From assembly GCA_041640075.1 (NCBI GenBank), contig JBEQAY010000004.1:1-56250 (forward strand): a DNA stretch of 56,250 bases, given 5' to 3'. The position numbers were made by a program, and so were the translations under genes. Origin of the DNA: Candidatus Nanohaloarchaea archaeon. Its GTDB lineage: Archaea; Nanohalarchaeota; Nanosalinia; Nanosalinales; Nanosalinaceae. Below the pieces are notes generated by a model. The model did no database searches. It was not told the origin of the DNA and saw only the letters and a program-made list of their open reading frames with translations. Shown piece by piece: positions 54,301-56,250 of this stretch (position 1 is the stretch's first letter; each line of letters opens with the position of its first letter).

Positions 54301-55394
54301 TGAAAGCTGATGGAATTGAAGTTAGGAATATGGTCATCAGTCGCAAGGTCACTAATGATCAGATTGCTGGTAATGGACATACAAAGGCGGTAGGAGTTAG
54401 CTTTGATAGAACAGGTAGTAGTCCGGCTCCTGCATCTGTAACTCTTAGTAATATCAAGACGGTCCTTGAAGATGATACAGGAAGTGAGGATTATGGAAAT
54501 GCGATTTGGATTTCAACGTTCAACGCCTATGGAGGACAGAGAGATACGATTGATGTGACTATTGAGGATGTTACAGCAGTTAATGATGGAGTTGCTCCGG
54601 ATTCCAGTGGATTTGGAGGTTCATCGCTCGCTGTTCTTGCTAAAGAGGAAGATGTAGATGTTGATGCAAATGGAATTGAATTGAGAAGTAGTGACGAGAG
54701 GTCAGTCTATGCCTATGAAGACAGTGCAAGTGCTGAAGTAACCATTGATGAGAGCAGATTGATTTCGAATAAGGGAGTGGTTAATGACGGATCCACGAGC
54801 GTGGCTGCAACTGGCAACTGGTTCGGAATGGATGGCATCCAGACAACTGGAAGCGTTGATGCTTCCTACATAAACCTGAACACTGCCAGCAACTCCTTGA
54901 ACGCTGATGTTGATACGTTCAGTAGGATATTGAATCCGGGTGCGAACAAGGTTTCGTTCCCGATCAATCAAGGCACTGTGGATGCAGGTTCGGTTACAGA
55001 TGGTTTAGAGGATCTTGAGGCTGCTTGGACTTACCAGAACGGTGAGTGGAAGGAAGTAGCTACGGGTGATAGTGATGAGTTCCGTGGAGGTCTTGGTTAC
55101 ATCTTCAACATGGATGGGCAGGAGACTTTGTCTATGAATGTTGATCATGAGTTCCAGACTGAGATCTCTGGGAATCAGCCTTCAAGTCCTGTAAGTTACA
55201 ATGCGACATCTGGCTGGAACCTGCTCGGAAGCCTGGAGGAGTACGACGAGTCGACCGGTGATGCGATGAGTAGTCTTGAGAACGCGGCCGGTGACAAGAA
55301 GTACGAGGTTCAGAAAAATCCGTCCGAGATCGAGACAGGTCATGCTTACTGGACCTTGATGAAGGAAGACGGAGTTTACGCCAACGCCGAATGA
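48330..55394 (+). CDS. Giant secreted surface protein (Ig-like, OmpL47-like, PKD, lectin-like and beta-helix modules)
   Basis: AGGAGGG SD before TTG at 48330; signal peptide ending TVAA; repeated DxAGN Ig modules; PKD YRWDF; YETIQNAIDNA...GTYKE beta-helix cap; C-terminal GWNLLG domain. Confidence 0.9.
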   Translation: MNVTNKFAILLTLFLTLGITTVAAETVSLEPQQVEGDVSQELTFDITNDGSDEVYRIKVEATSSYGDIDTNTISCPTGWEVKSDETDASQVTCLGDADPSSEDNLDQDETGTVTFSATTPTGSEEDFTWDVSSTDNAFNTETNSVSILVDDVAPTTSTDDTGTDWRTSSQTITLDPTDDGSGVATTYYCVDQSDSCDPSSDGSTGTSVTVDSEGTNYVRYYSEDEVGNDESVNSGKVKIDTGAPDTTDDAPSGWQSSDVTVDLTPSDQTSGVANTSYCEDNSQSNDCDPADATTEEGESGASVTVDQEGTTYVRYQSTDTAGNEESIEETTVQVDKTAPSISNVKGDFTTGTGDTETITADVSDDYALDSSTVEIKLDTDNDGNFEETSQMTDTGDGTFEYSYTAPTGDTNQDDYQVVAQDEAGNQQTSSTYTITIDDNDAPTITDNTADSATTGESLEFSADVSDNIQVDTVKAHYKYAGESSYTEISLSGSEKYTDSITVDDTVNNIQYYITATDTSDNTAREPQGDEEYNEVTVNDNDDPTASLTFTTPVDEDTSVTLDASASEDNTGIVEYRWDFTDDGNTDETTTESASTTHNFEDPGTYTVSVTVEDKGGNTDEATKDIKVDDTTSPTVDSISVEESDTLYSNYQTVNLDITASDNDQVDSVVADFANLENQFRFTDTNEDGTQDLTAQWTEYSADEVVQINSGNTQTTDYTKLVVPTDFTLQSDTSLTYEALYTSDSGIEAPDETYLFMEDGTMLATTNNNGAQQCTESANTWCEWSLSATDHTVESAASWYKVNSDGTIKGVKLSNYHNQNVVAVGFAAGTTSSPGDIVDVYLDDFDLPNNGVVSQESDLQSLYEVTASDSDSDSALDVSYTLVNGPDYADKDIQVTATDPAGNEGSSSKTVTLDNKKPGISSAKIEDTSDTNGVVGDSDLVRISAEVTDDSPVDTVTADASAFGAGKVMLTHDTGDTYDATITVNEASAYSDGSYSVTVEATDDASNKETATTGTLTLDTTKPDVTGASISEVNNPDGLVTEGDQVEVSATVTDSNLDTVETDASAFGAGTVTLTPDSGDTYDATFVAGSQSTPTDGTHSLNVDATDLADNLGSDPTGDIEVDIESPANLQVSAPSSTVYKQTDQALDVDYSYNEDNPDQTTIILEDDNGNSVSYSFDDSGYAGDGGTQQETLDLSSPDQTSEEGLVAGKTYDVTLEVLDQAGTSTSSVKETDRVVIDETKPSITLSEVAGGDDYINIDEASGEGQIVGSWSDENPVKELRPFADGDANYAEGGYPDPGSSGSFNYEFDISNWQSGTSVELGVEAEDEAGNVRSKSETVTLDLNRPAAPDDVTAENINIDRQDDYSVEVSLVAGHEKGTVTARLSDGSSSVKATKEVNADDDSGSTVTVDFGDVSNKLSEGGVDVDAKFTDKAGNDNTNGFKEFTTVHKDTIRPEVVEEDSEVTSSNTISVAFTEGLDGTTVSPEDFRVNGFTIDKASEVTEGEVELTLVSDMGTGDAPKVTVEDNDTLEDSYQNSFTGDTMFTPTDTLAPTLSEATTVDSDGDGYIEAVDFKFGEAVKVADTSAFEVSGYSGEKISDDDSDQTVRVEVDKGSSYDTGATPEVTVNAGAVEDTASTPNEFASDTTVTSDDGAAPVLLHSEINNAVSDGSATKVDLTFTEFVDVSGSATAQLKDEPGELRFNSQTGETVQATYWEDGSKAVLETGDAPEVSSFTGVEDVDHYREAGHDFSRYSSPATIDQQDLTQTNVDLRMTYDTSRDEYRFTATGVSNYGSDSGVVFGFDVDDDGQYDFQVDAKSSGYQPDYYEYGSSSGWTTDTYDFNSGSQGGEGTSEYDGVFFKDSGTLLENKNSFTLTVDRSRLGSDFAVNADDQGGSFTKDGDSGRSASDAITVTAGTSEADLVVDGDSDDLNEDYETIQNAIDNAESGDTIVVKSGTYKEEVRVSKEVNLVGKGEPKLVTDSSVAGDNHHPALQLKADGIEVRNMVISRKVTNDQIAGNGHTKAVGVSFDRTGSSPAPASVTLSNIKTVLEDDTGSEDYGNAIWISTFNAYGGQRDTIDVTIEDVTAVNDGVAPDSSGFGGSSLAVLAKEEDVDVDANGIELRSSDERSVYAYEDSASAEVTIDESRLISNKGVVNDGSTSVAATGNWFGMDGIQTTGSVDASYINLNTASNSLNADVDTFSRILNPGANKVSFPINQGTVDAGSVTDGLEDLEAAWTYQNGEWKEVATGDSDEFRGGLGYIFNMDGQETLSMNVDHEFQTEISGNQPSSPVSYNATSGWNLLGSLEEYDESTGDAMSSLENAAGDKKYEVQKNPSEIETGHAYWTLMKEDGVYANAE
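51201..51537 (+). repeat. Intragenic tandem Ig-domain duplication (312-nt period)
   Basis: gatgcttccgctttcggagcaggaa is identical at 51201 and 51513 (DASAFGAG). Confidence 0.85.
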
Positions 55395-55406
55395 GGTGAT
55401 TAAGTG

Positions 55407-56250
55407 ATGAAGAGACACCTTTTACCGGTTTTTCTTATCTTTATTTTTGCCTCTGTAGCTGTTGCTCAACCGAGTTCGAGTCCTTCGAAGTATCATGGTC
55501 ATGTCTTCTATGATAACGGTGATAAGGCGGAGAATATTACTGTGAAGGCAGTTGTCGATAATACTATCCGGGATTCTCAGGAGTATTCTGGCGGTGTCTA
55601 CGAGCTTGTAGTGGAGAGAGGAAACAGTGAGAATTTTACTGAGGTCAGTTTTGTAATAGATAATATTGATACAGGCAGGACAGCTTCTTTCGAGGCTTTC
55701 GGCAGTCAGCAGGTTAACTTTACGATCCCTGCTCCAGAGACAGGTGATGACTCTGATTCCACTGATGATTCGGATGATGGTTCTGGAGGGGGTGGCGGAG
55801 GTGGATTTACAGGTGCCAACTTCGCTGATGAAGAAGATAATGAAAAACCGGTTGCAGGTTTCACCTGGGATACTCCAGTGAGGCCTGGTGAATCAGTGAC
55901 AATGGATGCATCAGGGAGCTTTGATCCTGATGGCAACATCTCCGAGTACAGGTGGAGTATCGGTGCTCGGGGTGAGACAGTTGAGAATGTTTTCGGTCAG
56001 ACAGGATCTTACTCTGTAACCTTGACTGTGGAGGATGACGAGGGTGCCTCCACGGACGTAACCAAGGATGTTGTTGTGTCACGTAATCGGGTACCGAGAC
56101 CTTCGTTTGAAGTAGTGTATACTGGTTCGAATCTACTTCAGGATGTGAGGTTTAATGCGTCAGAGTCTTACGATCCTGATGGCGAAATTGTCAGGTATGA
56201 ATGGAATTTCGGTGAGGTAGGAGAAACTGCCTCACAGTCTTTCCAGGAGA
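55407..56250 (+). CDS. Secreted PKD-domain surface protein (partial, runs off the window end)
   Basis: Manual translation: MKRHLLPVFLIFIFASVAVA signal peptide, Gly/Asp linker, two PKD repeats (DASGSFDPDGNISEYRW; NASESYDPDGEIVRYEWNFG); GAGGTGA SD. Confidence 0.88.
   Translation, partial: MKRHLLPVFLIFIFASVAVAQPSSSPSKYHGHVFYDNGDKAENITVKAVVDNTIRDSQEYSGGVYELVVERGNSENFTEVSFVIDNIDTGRTASFEAFGSQQVNFTIPAPETGDDSDSTDDSDDGSGGGGGGGFTGANFADEEDNEKPVAGFTWDTPVRPGESVTMDASGSFDPDGNISEYRWSIGARGETVENVFGQTGSYSVTLTVEDDEGASTDVTKDVVVSRNRVPRPSFEVVYTGSNLLQDVRFNASESYDPDGEIVRYEWNFGEVGETASQSFQE

Noticed and set aside
1..56250. Search for CRISPR arrays, tRNA/rRNA genes, IS elements and island-flanking direct repeats
   Set aside because: No regularly spaced repeats, T-loop/cloverleaf signatures, transposase or integrase motifs, or target-site duplications were recognised by eye.

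Overview
Archaeal chromosomal segment with a strongly acidic predicted proteome, compact intergenic spaces and many apparently leaderless genes. It is most consistent with a nanohaloarchaeon (DPANN); this assignment is inferred from gene content and composition. The window holds: (1) the conserved ftsZ-secE-spt5-rpl11-rpl1-rpl10-rpl12-alaS cluster, broken between rpl10 and rpl12 by about 6.8 kb of accessory genes. These genes form an extracytoplasmic methionine-repair island: a wHTH regulator with a 3-TM partner, a Met-rich membrane-anchored peptide, two CcdA/thioredoxin pairs, and membrane-anchored MsrB and MsrA. A shared 21-bp motif lies upstream of both island promoters, and an HTH plus degenerate LAGLIDADG protein sits at the left edge. 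(2) An FKBP-type PPIase, leuS, two tandem MinD paralogs, and MazG-like and HIT hydrolases. (3) A large glycogen/Embden-Meyerhof/gluconeogenesis cluster: PMM/PGM, ADP-dependent kinase, TPI, debranching enzyme, GT3 glycogen synthase, PGI, GT4s, GH57, GAPDH, class I aldolase and class I FBPase, interleaved with NAD-repair genes and orphans. (4) Hel308, a mosaic surface protein of about 2350 aa, and a partial PKD surface protein. No tRNA, rRNA, CRISPR array or transposase was recognised.
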